From: Eledone cirrhosa
Lineage: Eukaryota
DNA length: 64,000 bases
Direction: 5' to 3'
Assembly: GCA_964016885.1 (NCBI GenBank)
Contig: OZ024742.1
Coordinates: 128,216,001-128,280,000, forward strand
This document shows positions 1-12,199 of the stretch, in pieces. The notes under the pieces were generated by a model. The model worked only from the letters and a program-made list of their open reading frames with translations, was not told the origin of the DNA and ran no database searches. Every line of letters starts with the position of its first letter. The first letter of the stretch is position 1. The translations under genes and the position numbers were made by a program.

Positions 1-1512
1 AAGACCAAGGTAGCCCAGATTTTCAGTGTACATCTTACATGAAAAAACAATTGATAATTAATGATCATTAACAATGGTTTATCCAGTTGCAATTTTAATT
101 ACATCGATTCCATCAGTAAAATCACCACATGTGTTGAAACTAAAGGTTGGTGTGTTTATTATGATAACTAGCAGAAAAACCACCCTCTTATGTCATCAGT
201 AACGTAATCCATGATACATTAAAACAAATACGATATTATATATAAACTGCATTAGGAGAAAATTAGTGACAGAAATATATGAATTTTTATTTAAGTGATC
301 GCTATTGAAAATTTTAAAGAAGCGAATCTTTAAATAAACAATAAAATATATTTAATCAACAGTTACGAAATTTAGTAGATAAATTATGTAATATTCATTC
401 ATTATTTATTGAAATTAATCCAACTTATTTTACAAACTGGATAACAAATTATATTCTGGATGCAGTCCCGCACTCTTTACTTTATTATAGTTTAGATATG
501 GAATCTTCAACAAAGAAGAAGATTACTTAATGGAGCATGAGCTTTGATGAAATTTCTTCATGATCTCAACATTCATGGACAAATATCGACTGATAGCAAG
601 AAGATTTATACAAATGCCAATTTCCCATTATTTCAGCATTTGCAATGACCGTTAACAATTTGTAAGGCCAGTCTTTTTCTCATTCTGAAGTACACCTATC
701 TTATATTTATCTTTCTTTTCAGGCTACTCCACATGAAACAGTAGAAACTAGATAAAAAATAATTTGTACTTGCTTGTAGAAAATATGTACAATGAAGGAA
801 CTCTATTTGTGAACAAAAAGTTTACTAAAACATAATAAGAAAATAATTACTTTATAAATTGTACATGCAAGTTCTTACCTGTTCTTACTTATGGTATGAT
901 TTTATTTCAGCATGTGCAACGATGTTCAGTTTGTGTACCATTAAATGAAATATTGACCCATAAATTCTTTTTTAAGATTGTTCAATGAAAAGTGTATTAC
1001 AGCATGTAAGTATCTGTGTTTAAAAATAAATGTAGGTTTCTATAGTTTAACTTTATTTTATTATCATTTTCAATACATTTAAGAGAAACATATTTGCCGT
1101 CATTATTGAAGTCATGTGTACACTATCAAACATTTGTCGTGAGTTTGATTCCCTATAGTAAATCGTGTTCTTGTGGGATAGACTTTATTTCATGTTGCTC
1201 CAGTCCACTCAGCTGGAAAAGATGAGTTGTACCTGTCATTCAAGGGGCTAACCTTGTCACACACTGTATCATATTGACTCTCCCTGAGAGACTACATTAA
1301 GGGCACATATGTCTATGGAGTGCTCAGCTATTCATACGTTAACTTCACAAATAGGTTGTTCTATTGGCAGGACCAGATATAGAGAATGGGAGGGCCTGGG
1401 GTTGTTCAGGTTTGGTGGCCCTCTCATATAACAACACACACACATATATATGTCTGTGTGTATGTATATATATATATTTGTGTGTATAAATATATATATA
1501 TATACACACAGT

Positions 1513-1857
1513 GAAGGCACATGGCTTAGTGGTTAGAGCATTGGGCTTGCAATCGAAAAGTTGTGAGTTCAATTCTCGGATCGGGTGATGTGTTGTTTCC
1601 TTGAGCAAGACACTTTATTTCACATTGCTCCAGTTCACTCAGCTGTAGAAATGAGATGATAGGACTGGGGTCCCTATAATTCCACTGCAAAGTGGTCGTG
1701 GAGGTGCCACGGCAAAAAAGCTGTAGAAATCAAGCCAGAATCAGTTCCTGTATGAGCAAGACAAGGTCAGCCGACTGGACACTGCCCACAATAGGACAAC
1801 CCGTCTAACCCATGCTAGCATGGAAGAACTGACGTAAAATGGTGATGGTGATGATGA
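1513..1857 (+). mobile_element. tRNA-derived SINE with RTE-like 3' tail; other copies at 3991-4315 and 32070-32235
   Basis: A box TGGCTTAGTGG and B box GAGTTCAATTC. The 3' end acccatgctagcatggaa...gatgatg matches RTE 3' ends. Confidence 0.85.
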
Positions 1858-3269
1858 CACATAAGTAGGAAAAGAGAGAGAGAAAGAGAGGAGGAGAAGA
1901 AGAAGAAGAAGAAGAAGAAAAAGAAGAAGGGGCCCTGTTTGGAGAGTGAGTGCTCTGTTTGATAAGGGGATTCAGGACATTCACCTCACCCCTCATAAAT
2001 CCAGCCCAGTGAAACAACTGGCACACTGGTCATTGTATCCAATGGAGGTTCAACATACATACCCACTTGAGATTGTAAATACATTCATTCTATTGGTAAG
2101 GTTGCTACACATGTTAAAGTTATAAAAAAAGTCTAAAGTTTGTCTTGAGGCTCATCAGGTTGGTGCTTATACTGGTTTCTGTGGTGTTAAGTAACTAGCA
2201 GTACAAGACTCCCCCATGGACAGGATGCCAGTCCATCGCAAAGTTAAACTCCCAATTATTTCTGGTATTCATTTTCAGCTGAGTATGACTTTCAGAAAAA
2301 TCTTTTCCTGCTCAGAGTTGCTGAAGCATGGAACAAACTACCTGCATCAGCAGTTAGCTGTTGAGACACTGCATTCTTTAAAACTTCCATGCTTCCTGAG
2401 ATTCGCCAACACTACACCTGATATCCCCCCCTCCATACACACACACACATGTATATCATGACTCTTACACTGTTCCCTTTCCTGACATTTGTATATTATT
2501 CTATGTACTATACATGCACCTTTGATGAGTTGTAGTGCACCTGAATGCTGTACATATAATTTTCAATATTATTATTACTGGAGCAACGTGAAATGAAGTG
2601 TTTTGCTCAAGAATACAGCACACAATGCAGTACAGGAATTGAACCCATAACATTGCGACTGTAATTCCAACACTCTTACCAGTAGGCCATGCACCTCCAT
2701 GAAGATAAAAAGTGGTATGTTTATTATGATAATACAAAATATTGACCTGAGAAGAGAATTGCTTAGTGGAGTGTGAGTCTAGATAAAATTTCTTTACAAT
2801 CTCAATATTCATGGATAAATACTGACTAATGGTTAAAAACGGGAGGGAGGGAGGTATTCACCTCAAATTAGATTCAATTTTACAGTGATATCAAATATCT
2901 CTTTACTTTTAACAGATGCCAGTTTCATATTCTAGCATATAAGAAAATGACCATTAAAAACTCCTGTTGGAGTACACCTGCTCCCTTTTCTCTGTCTTTT
3001 CTTACATGTAGCTCTACATGAGGGAGTAGAGACTAAGGTAGTCTTTCAATTTAATATCACTGATACATCCAGCAATTTCTGTAAATATCCACCAGTGTAA
3101 AATAACACAGGAATTTTACTGGTGCCGTAATTGTCAACATGGTACTTCTATGTCATTTTTTTTATTGTAGACATTATCACTCTTATATTTAATTTTGATC
3201 TATTTTCTTCTATACAAAATTTCATTTTAAAACATTTTTGTTTTCATATGTCATTTTCTCTGATAATAA

Positions 3270-3452
3270 TTGTTTCTACTTTTAGGCACAAGGCCAGCAA
3301 TTACCCAGTACATTACTGGTACTTTATTTTATCGACCCCGTAAGGATGAAAGGCAAAGTTAACCTTGGCAGGATTTGAACTCAGAATGGCAAGGGCCGTA
3401 ACTCTATGCGTCAAAGCATGGCGACCGACCCTCTACCGATACTGCCAATCCA
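3270..3452 (-). mobile_element. Second tRNA-derived SINE family; copies near 3460, 7335, 8850, 12205, 13225, 35630, 54200, 54410, 61080, 61510 and 63175
   Basis: On the sense strand: GAGTTCAAATCC B box, gcctttcatccttacggggtcgataaaataaagtaccag core, and a gtagaaacaattatt tail. Confidence 0.85.
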
Positions 3453-4384
3453 CAATAATGGTTTCTGATTTAGGCACAAAATCAACAATTTTTTGGGAGG
3501 AGAAAGTCAATTAAATCGACCCCATTGCATTACTGATACTTTATTTTATCAACACTGTAAGGATGAAAAGCAAAGATAACCTTGGAGGGATTTGAACTTA
3601 GAAGATAGAGGACTGTAACTCTATGCCACAAAGCATGTCCGATGTTCTTTAATAATAATAATTTCCTTTGATAATAATAATTTTCTTTCAATAAAAATTA
3701 TTCTGGCTTTATCATGATACAGATAGATAATTAGGTAATATTCACTGTCTTTTCATCACTTTCATTTCATATATGATTATTGTTAATTGTTTCTACAGGG
3801 ATTGCTGGAAGTGTCTTTGGATCATAAATCAAAGAATACATAAATTAAGAATAATTTGAAATTTCACATAGAAAATACAACAAAGGAAATTTTATCGAGA
3901 ATAACATTTTCAACAAAAACATAGTAAGAAAAGAATTATTAAATTAGACATTAAATATTATTAAATTAGATATTATTAAATTAGACATTAGGAGGCACAT
4001 GGCTTAGTGGTTAGAGCATTGGCCTTGCAATCGAAAGGTTGTGAGTTCAATTCTCAGACCGGGTGATGTGTTGTTTCCTTGAGCAAGACACTTTATTTCA
4101 CATTGCTCCAGTTTGCTCAGCTGTAGAAATGAGATGATAGGGACTGGGGTCCATATCATTCCACTGCAAAGTGGTCGTGGAGGTGCCACGGAAAAAAAAG
4201 CACCCAGCACTCACTGTAAATGAAGGGCATCCAGCTGTAGAAATCAAGCCAGAATCAGTTCCCGTCCCACCCTTGCAAGCAGGGAAAAAGTGGGCGTAAA
4301 ATGAAATGAAATGATATCAATCCTCAGCTTTCACATAGATGTCTGATTGCTTGATCATTTCTATACAATTCTTAATTTTCAATT

Positions 4385-4417
<33 letters not shown>

Positions 4418-4586
4418 GCACATACATACATATACACACACACACACACATATATATATATTATCATCATCGTTTAACGTCCATCTTCCACACTAGAGGA
4501 TAAGCAGGCCTAGCGATCCAAAGCACTACATGTCATTAGTTTATCCCAGGTTGGTGATATTGAGTGACAAAGTATTCATTTATCAA

Positions 4587-4899
4587 ATAATGGTAGTTAA
4601 GACAGGATTAATTCACCATAATTGTTTATTGCATGATATATATTTCTGTTGCATGGTTATTCATGTGACTTCTTCAGATGCTTACGCAATCATAGGTGCA
4701 GTTATGCAATCATTATGATATGCTGATGGCCATGTACGTCCATCCAGTAGTGAAGTGGTTCGGCATATCACAACGATTGCCTAACTGCGCCTATGATTGC
4801 GTAAACATCTGAAGAAGTCACATGAATAACCATAGAACAGAAATATATATCATGCAATAAACAATTATGATGAATTAATCCAATCCTAATTACCATTAT
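4587..4899. repeat. Fold-back (long inverted repeat) element
   Basis: Arms of about 140 bp, each with CTGAAGA...GAAATATATATC. Confidence 0.85.
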
Positions 4900-4924
4900 A
4901 TATATATATATATATATATATATG

Positions 4925-5380
4925 CTCATTAAAAACAACAGAAGGATGGACTGGAAACTTTCTTTAGAATTTTAATCCTGCAAAAACACTATACATATTT
5001 CAATGGCTTGGTTTCATCATCTAATCATGATGCAAGACTTGGACGATTTCATCAGGTGTTGATTGCAGAATTAGTTATATAAGATAACAGGATTATGGCG
5101 AACACATTCAGGAAATAGAAATTGGTCTTGCATCATGATTGGATAATGAAACTAGACTATTGAAATATGTATAGTGTTTTTGTGGAATTAAAACTTTAAA
5201 GAGAATTTCCAGTCTGGCCTTCTGTTTTTTTAAATGAATATTTAACTCTCTTCCTGCATCAGCCACTGGATACCACATCTATGATGGATGATTTGCATAA
5301 CATTGAGTGTTTTAATATATTGGATCATCGCTTACTAACCAGAAGCAGCAGTTCCATCTATTGGTAAACAACATATCATA
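4925..5380. repeat. Fold-back element plus tail (tail also at about 44195-44360)
   Basis: Inverted arms at 4925-5040 and 5125-5240, followed by a shared tail. Confidence 0.75.
4985..5060 (-). ncRNA. Minimal hammerhead motif in a fold-back element
   Basis: Minus strand reads AACAC-CTGATGA-AAT...ATT-GAA-A-TATGTA-T-A-GTGTT. Confidence 0.55.
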
Positions 5381-5513
5381 AATGGTATATATATATATAT
5401 ATACAGGCCATATATATCATCATCATCATTATCATCGTATATATATATATATATATATATGTTGTTATTTCTGTTTACCTTTTACACACACACACACACA
5501 TATATATATACAC

Positions 5514-5550
<37 letters not shown>

Positions 5551-5554
<4 letters not shown>

Positions 5555-5735
5555 AAAAAGTATGACCCCAACGGCAGAGCTCAAGCTGTTTCGACGGCTA
5601 TTTCTGGACTGAAATAGCTGTTGAAACGGCTTGAGCTCTGCCGTCGGGGTCATACGTTTTCCTATTACACACTCTACTACCCTAAGTATTGAGTACTCTG
5701 GTGCGTTATGGTCCATCTGGTTCCTTGCCACAACT
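5551..5735. repeat. Palindromic element; inverted family copy at 11910-12113
   Basis: Arms of about 55 bp (gaccccaacggcagagctcaagc / gcttgagctctgccgtcggggtc) plus a shared tail ctctactaccctaagtat...ggtcca. Confidence 0.8.
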
Positions 5736-6389
5736 CCTTCATTATATATATATATATATATATATAAATATAAATTTTGAGTATGTGTTGGTTATTTACC
5801 GACACCTCAGTATGCAGGTTGGAGCACTCGACGAAGTATGTAGGTTGGTTTGTTTACTCCGGAGTAAATATATATATATATATACACACACGCACACACA
5901 TATATGTCTGTGAAGTGGATGTGTAGGCGCCACGGAAAAAAAAGCACCCACCACTCACTGTAAATGAGGTTGGTGTTAGGAAGGGCATCCGGCTGTAGAA
6001 ATCAAGCCAGAATCAGTTCCCATATGAGCAAGACAAGGTCAACCGACTGGACACTGCTCACAACAGGACAACCCGTCTAACCCATGCTAGCGTGGAAGAA
6101 CGGATGTAAAACGGTGATGATGATGATGATGATATATACTTTATGTGTGTGTATGCGCATGTGAGTCTATCTACATGTATCTTATACACCACAGCCTAAC
6201 ATATTCCTCAAAAGGGTGTCATCTAATTTAATTGCTGAAACAAATACGAAAATATCAAGATTTTATATAATATAATGGCGATGGGCAATAATAACATGTG
6301 GAGTATAAATGATTATCATTGTTAATATTATTATTATTATTAGTTTTATTTTTATTGCCTGTTGCCTGTGTGCCTTGGATATGTGCAGA

Positions 6390-6840
6390 GTTATTTTTGG
6401 TGTTGTTTCTATTGTATTGAGAGTACTCTTCATAATATATGTTCAGTGCTTAGTAGTGCTATTTTCTATATGTTGTCTATACTTGTAAGTCCGCAAGATT
6501 TAGTTATATATCTGTGTATTATTTTGTTATTATTCTCATAACACCTATTATTATAGTGAATGTTTTTGTTTTCATCTTCCACATTTGGGTTATCTCTATT
6601 TCTAGATCTTTATATTTGGATAATTTTTTCATTTCTTTCAGAGATATATTTTCATCTGTGGAGACTGAAATGTTGATTAGATGGCATTTCTTTTCTTGGT
6701 GGTCTTTGACAACAATATCTCGTCAGTTGTCTTCCATCTCCATGTTAATGTGTATTGACATATTCCAGAGTAGAGGTGCTTTGTTAGTTTCTGACACACT
6801 TTCTGGTGTATGCTTATGCTACTTCTTTTCTATTAGCATT
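6390..6840 (-). mobile_element. Old RLE-type LINE fragment
   Basis: PLLWNMSI...DIVVKD..CHLINISVS..KYKDLEIEITQMWKMKT remnants. Confidence 0.65.
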
Positions 6841-7201
6841 TCATTATCATTTCATTATCATTCCTTCAGTACCAGTTATGCACTGAGATAATTGCTGGCC
6901 TTGTGCCAAAAGTAGAAACAATTATTATTCCTTCAGTAGTTTTATGTGAGTTTTTACTGCATCACCTGGAACCCCTCCTAAGGTGTCTGCAGCATTGTGT
7001 TCTAAATGTTTGGAGAAGTACAAACACCTTCTGTTAGTGTACAGTCTTGTTTTGTAATGTGCTTTGACTTGTAGTTTCTTGTGTCATTTCAGTGTCTGCT
7101 CTGTTGTGTTTGGTATTTGTAATGTGAGTTGTGTTATTATATTGGATATTGATCTTGAAGGCTATCATTTCTGTGAGTTGTGTTGTTTTATTTTAAGTGC
7201 T

Positions 7202-7308
<107 letters not shown>

Positions 7309-7444
7309 TTTGTGGCCAATAATGAAATCATTATTATTTGCCTTTCATCCTAACGGGGTCGGTAAAATAAAGTACCAGTAATGCACTGGGTAATTGCTGG
7401 CCTTGTGCCTAAAGTAGAAACAATTATTATTATTATTATTATTT

Positions 7445-7772
7445 TTCTTTGAGTCTCAGTCATTGATGTTATTTAACTGGAAAGTTTGTTGTCAAGCCGC
7501 TACCTGCAGCCTCAGATATTCAGGACGTTTCGGAGGGTTCTTGCTGTTCCCAGCAATCATGCCTTTTGAAGTGTTCCAAAAAGTGGGGCTGGACTAACTT
7601 TCTTTAACCATCCTTGGAAACTCTTTGAGATAGTACCTAGTGCGCCTATGACAATCGGGACGACGCTGACTTCATGGCAGTTCCAAATCCTTTTTACCTC
7701 CCACTTTAAGTCTTGGTATCGGCTAATTTTTTCCCTCTACTTTTCTTGCATTCTCGTGTCAAATGGGCAGGC
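7445..7772 (-). mobile_element. R4/Dong-like 3' end; a shorter copy lies at 8183-8372
   Basis: Reverse-complement match to 62790-63122. Confidence 0.85.
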
Positions 7773-7804
7773 TTTATTATTATTATTGTTATTATTATTA
7801 GCAT

Positions 7805-8127
7805 TTTGTTGAAAGATGGGTGAGAGAAGCAAGAATGGCCCGAGTGAATGGGCCTACTCTGAGTATGTATCTGTAAATTAAAGGTGGAAAACTGGGAGAG
7901 GGCACTTGCCTTGGTGGTCAGGGTCACTGTGGCCTTTTACTGGGCTTTCTCCACAAATGCCCCGCCGAAGTCTCCCCCCTATTGGGGAATTTTTCATTGT
8001 TATTTTTTTGTTACATCCTCCGTTTTTGTTTTTTACACGCAGAAATGCCCATTTGTACCGTCCTGTATTGTCCTGCACTGTCCTTAATGTCTACTTTATG
8101 TAAACCCTTGTGGTTAATAAAGAAATC
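7805..8127 (+). mobile_element. Tx1/L1-like 3' end; shorter copies at about 8390-8520 (+) and 62620-62722 (-)
   Basis: Reverse-complement match to 63340-63660. Confidence 0.8.
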
Positions 8128-8137
8128 ATTATTATTA

Positions 8138-8185
<48 letters not shown>

Positions 8186-8518
8186 TTTGAGTCTCAGTCA
8201 TTGATGTTATTTAACTGGAAAGTTTGTTGAAATGAATATGAAGCCGCTACCTGCAGCCTCAGACATTCAGGATTTATCGGAGGGTTATTGCTGTTCCCAG
8301 CAAGCATGCCTTTTGAAGTGTTCCAAAAAAAGGGACTGGACTAATCTTCTTTAACCATCCTTGGAAACTCTTGGTTATTATTATTATTTTTGATTGTTAT
8401 TTTTTATTACATCCTCTGTTTTTTTTACACGCAGAAATGCCCATTTGTACCATCCTGTATTGTCCTGTACTGTCCTTAATGTCTACTTTATGTAAACCCT
8501 TGTGGTTAATAAAGAAAG

Positions 8519-8562
<44 letters not shown>

Positions 8563-9002
8563 GTTGTGTTGTTGTGTGGTTTGAGTTATGGTACAGGATA
8601 CCAATTGTGTTGTGTGGTTTGTGTTATATAGTATTTGGTGATGATTGCACAGTAAGTGTCTTGTATGTGTTGTATTGAAATGAAAATATATTGCATAGAA
8701 AATGAGTATGGTGCCTATCAGAGGTATTCTTTGAAAATTTTAAGTCTTAGCATGGCTTTTGCCCTATACTTTATGTTCCTTTTAATCATAACTGTAATTG
8801 TAGTTGGGTAGAAAACTCAGAAGTGTTCATTCTAACTCTTCATGTTCTTGGTTCAAATTCTGCCAAGGTGGACTTTGCCGTTCATCTTACAGGGCCTATG
8901 AAATAAAGTACCAGTAACGCACTGGGGTCGATTTATTTGACCCCCCCCCCCAATTGTTGGCCTCGTGCCTAAATTAGAAACCATTACTATAAAGTAGAAA
9001 CA

Positions 9003-9051
<49 letters not shown>

Positions 9052-9076
9052 GTAGTAGTAGTAGTAGTAGTAGCAA

Positions 9077-9120
<44 letters not shown>

Positions 9121-9167
9121 ATAGTAGTAGTAGTGGTGGTGGTGGCGGTGGTGGTGGTGGTAGTAGT
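9003..9167. repeat. Compound (ATT)n(AGT)n(GGT)n microsatellite at a SINE tail
   Basis: Directly visible. Confidence 0.95.
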
Positions 9168-9635
9168 GCAAATTGTAATCTTTAAAAAAAAAAACGTTTT
9201 CAACGTCTTTCAATCAAAACAGTTAAGAAGTCTATAAAAAAATTCAATCAAACTAATTAAATTCCTTTTAAATTCAAACAATTAACTAAACTGCAAAAAT
9301 AAAATGTAATATATGGTGGGGAGAAAAAATAATGTGAAAATTCATTAATAATTTAAACATTGTGAAAGATTGTAATCCACACCGGTAAATATATTTGTTA
9401 CATTCACAACCATTGTTTCATGTGGAACGATTGTGATGTTTAGAATAAATAGAAAAAAAAAAAAAATGATTGAAACGTTTTCTGAAAGTGTTGCAGTAAA
9501 CTGCTTGAATTTCATTAATCCTGGAACTCTCCAGAATTATGAGTTTCTTAACTTCAGAATTACCCTATTGTTAGTTATTTTTGTATTTTGTTTGTTTGTT
9601 TCTTCTTTTTTTTTTACTTTTTATTATGCTGTGTT

Positions 9636-9775
9636 TTAGGCATTTGTGCCTTCAAATGGTACCACTCGGTTAGTTCTGTCTTTCAGATATTTTCCTAATG
9701 CCACACCAACAATAGCAAGTATAATAACACCAATCACACTGCCAACAATTGCTCCAATGAAAGAACTAGCTTGTA
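9636..9775 (-). CDS. Terminal coding exon: single TM helix, 18-aa cytoplasmic tail and stop
   Basis: ttttatttttcag|TACAA..., phase 1. Translates (V)QASSFIGAIVGSVIGVIILAIVGVALGKYLKDRTNRVVPFEGTNA*, with TAA at 9638-9636. Confidence 0.88.
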
Positions 9776-10071
9776 CTGAAAATAAAAAGAGATACATCAG
9801 TTAAAATCAATATATTCAATAGCACTCAAGTATTTTATTCATAATTATATAAATAACATTACAAATCGTTTATAATTCTTACAGAATAAAAATATAATCA
9901 CAAATAATATATACAATACTTAATTACATAAATATTTCACATTAAAATTTAAAATCAAAACAAAAGAAAATATATTATAATCCTGATGTTCCACATAAAA
10001 ATAGTTATCTATGAAAATATTTAAGAGACAGGAAAAAAAAACGATTGAAAAAATATAAAATATTTTTTTAC

Positions 10072-10092
10072 CTCCAGAACTTTTTTCAATAG
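10072..10092 (-). CDS. 21-nt microexon in the stalk between GPS and TM
   Basis: ttcattctttccttcag|CTATTGAAAAAAGTTCTGGAG|gtaaaa. Symmetric phase 1, encodes (S)IEKSSG. Confidence 0.7.
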
Positions 10093-10559
10093 CTGAAGGA
10101 AAGAATGAAAGAATGAAAAAATGGTATAATTAATATTGTTTTTAATTAATTAATGTGTGTGTGCATTTGTGTTTGTGTGTGTGCATTTGTGTTTGTGTGT
10201 GTGCATGTATGTATGTTTGTGTACATGTATGTGTGTGTGTGTGTGTGTGCATGTATGTGTGGGTACATGTTTGTAAGTTTGTGTACATGTGTGTGTGTGT
10301 TTGTGTACGTGTGTATGTTTATGTGTTTGTGTGTTGAGCATGTGTGGGTGTGTACATGTTGCTTGCATATGAACCTCAATGGTAATGTAGAACATAAGTG
10401 TTAGGATTTAGGGCAAGGGGAATTAACTCTGAATAGAGAAGCGATGGTGTGGTATATAGTGATGGTGAGAATAGCTATTATGGGAGCAGGGGTGCAGTAA
10501 TAGTGAGGATAGCTGGTAAGGGATGATAGCAGGGAGCAGATGGATGATAATTGGATGGA

Positions 10560-11105
10560 TCTGGTCATGGCTTAAGGTTGGTAGACGGGTTTTCCCCAGC
10601 ACAGTATATTGCCAGTCCTCATGTTCTTTTGTCATCTTTGTTGTGTGATTTAGCTTCTTAAGGTCATCCCTCACTACCTCATCCCATATCTTCCTGGGTC
10701 AGTCACTTCTGAGTGTTCCATCCACAGAGATTTCTCAGCACTTCTTTATATAGTTGTTATCTTCCATACTCATCACATTTCCATATCATTGCAATCATCT
10801 CTCTAAGGCACTACATCAAATTCTTCTTAATCCAATTTTTTCTTTTAGTTTGCTTATGCTACATCGTTCATGCACATTAACATCACACATCCACTGGAGC
10901 ATGTGCGCTTCATGTCTTGTTAGCTCTCACAAGTCTTCTGCAGTCAGAGCCCATGTTTCACTTCCATGTACCATTGTAGTTCACATGCATATGTCATACA
11001 GTCTACCATTTACTCAAAGAGAGAAGCTCTTTGTTGTCAGTAGAGGTACCAACTCCTTAAACTTCTTCCAGCCTGTTCTTACCCAGGCTGTCATTCTTTC
11101 AACAC
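10560..11105 (-). mobile_element. Degraded RTE 3' fragment
   Basis: Similar to the 48168-49022 copy (WKKFKELVPLLT, HGSETW, GxPRKxW remnants). Confidence 0.75.
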
Positions 11106-12116
11106 ATTGAGCTTCCAATCATCTTGTCTAGTCAAAACTAAGTGGATATCTTTATTTATAAATCTTCGTATGTATATATATATGTATGCAAAAGGAAAAC
11201 AAAAATAACAAAGCAAATGAAGCAGTACAATGAAGAAATATATTACTTTTACGCTTGATATAGTAGGAAAAGAGTCTTCACTAATCGATGTGCTAGCTAG
11301 CAATAAAAGTAAAAAGTAAAAGTGGAAAAGCATAGGAGTATATCTAAAGATTCTTTTTTTTTTTTTCTTTAATCTGGAAGAATAAATATTTTTATAATTG
11401 TTACATTAAATGAATTTAAGTTTTGTCAAGTATTACCAGTTTTGATTGGTGTGCTAATCTTATCAAATATTTAAGAAACTTGTTCTTATATTCTGGGGGC
11501 AGTTTTATAGGAATGCTTTCTCAAAATGTGTATATATTTAGGTGGGGTACCATTGTGTCAAGAGTTCAAGTTTATTTTCAGGATTTGTATATATATATAT
11601 ATGAACAAGAAGGGATTGAGATTCTTGAGCCAAAATCTGGTCAGGACCTGGGAATTGACATGAGCAATGATGCAGTGGAGATGTGCTGACAACTGAGGGC
11701 AAGAGACTGGGAAGCCATGTTGGTCCTAGATTTTGTCTCCCCACAGTGTCAAATTAAGTGGTGCAGAACATGAAGCAATCCAACGAAGCTGCACCAAGAA
11801 AATTGCCTTATTGAAAGAGTTGAGCTACTGGGAGAGGCTGAAAGAACATAAATGTAAAGAAATATATATATATATATAGGCATGATATAAATATATATTA
11901 TATATATAGCAAAGAAAGTATGGTGGACCATAATGCACCAGAGTACTTGATACTTAGGGTAGTAGAGTGGGTAATAGGAAAAGAGTCAAGACCCCGACGG
12001 CTGAGCTCCAGCCTTTTCGACAGCTAGATCCAAACTAAGCCAGCTAGCTTAGTTCAGATCTAGCTGTCGAAACGGCCGGAGCTCAGCTGTCGGGGTCCTG
12101 ACTCTTTTCCTATTAT

Positions 12117-12199
<83 letters not shown>

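Noticed and set aside
1513-1590. tRNA gene
   Set aside because: A and B boxes are present but there is no complete cloverleaf, and it continues into a multi-copy SINE body.
11253-11296. Ser/Thr-rich candidate stalk exon STSISEDSFPTISS
   Set aside because: No acceptor/donor pair gives a multiple of 3 compatible with the phase-1 neighbours.
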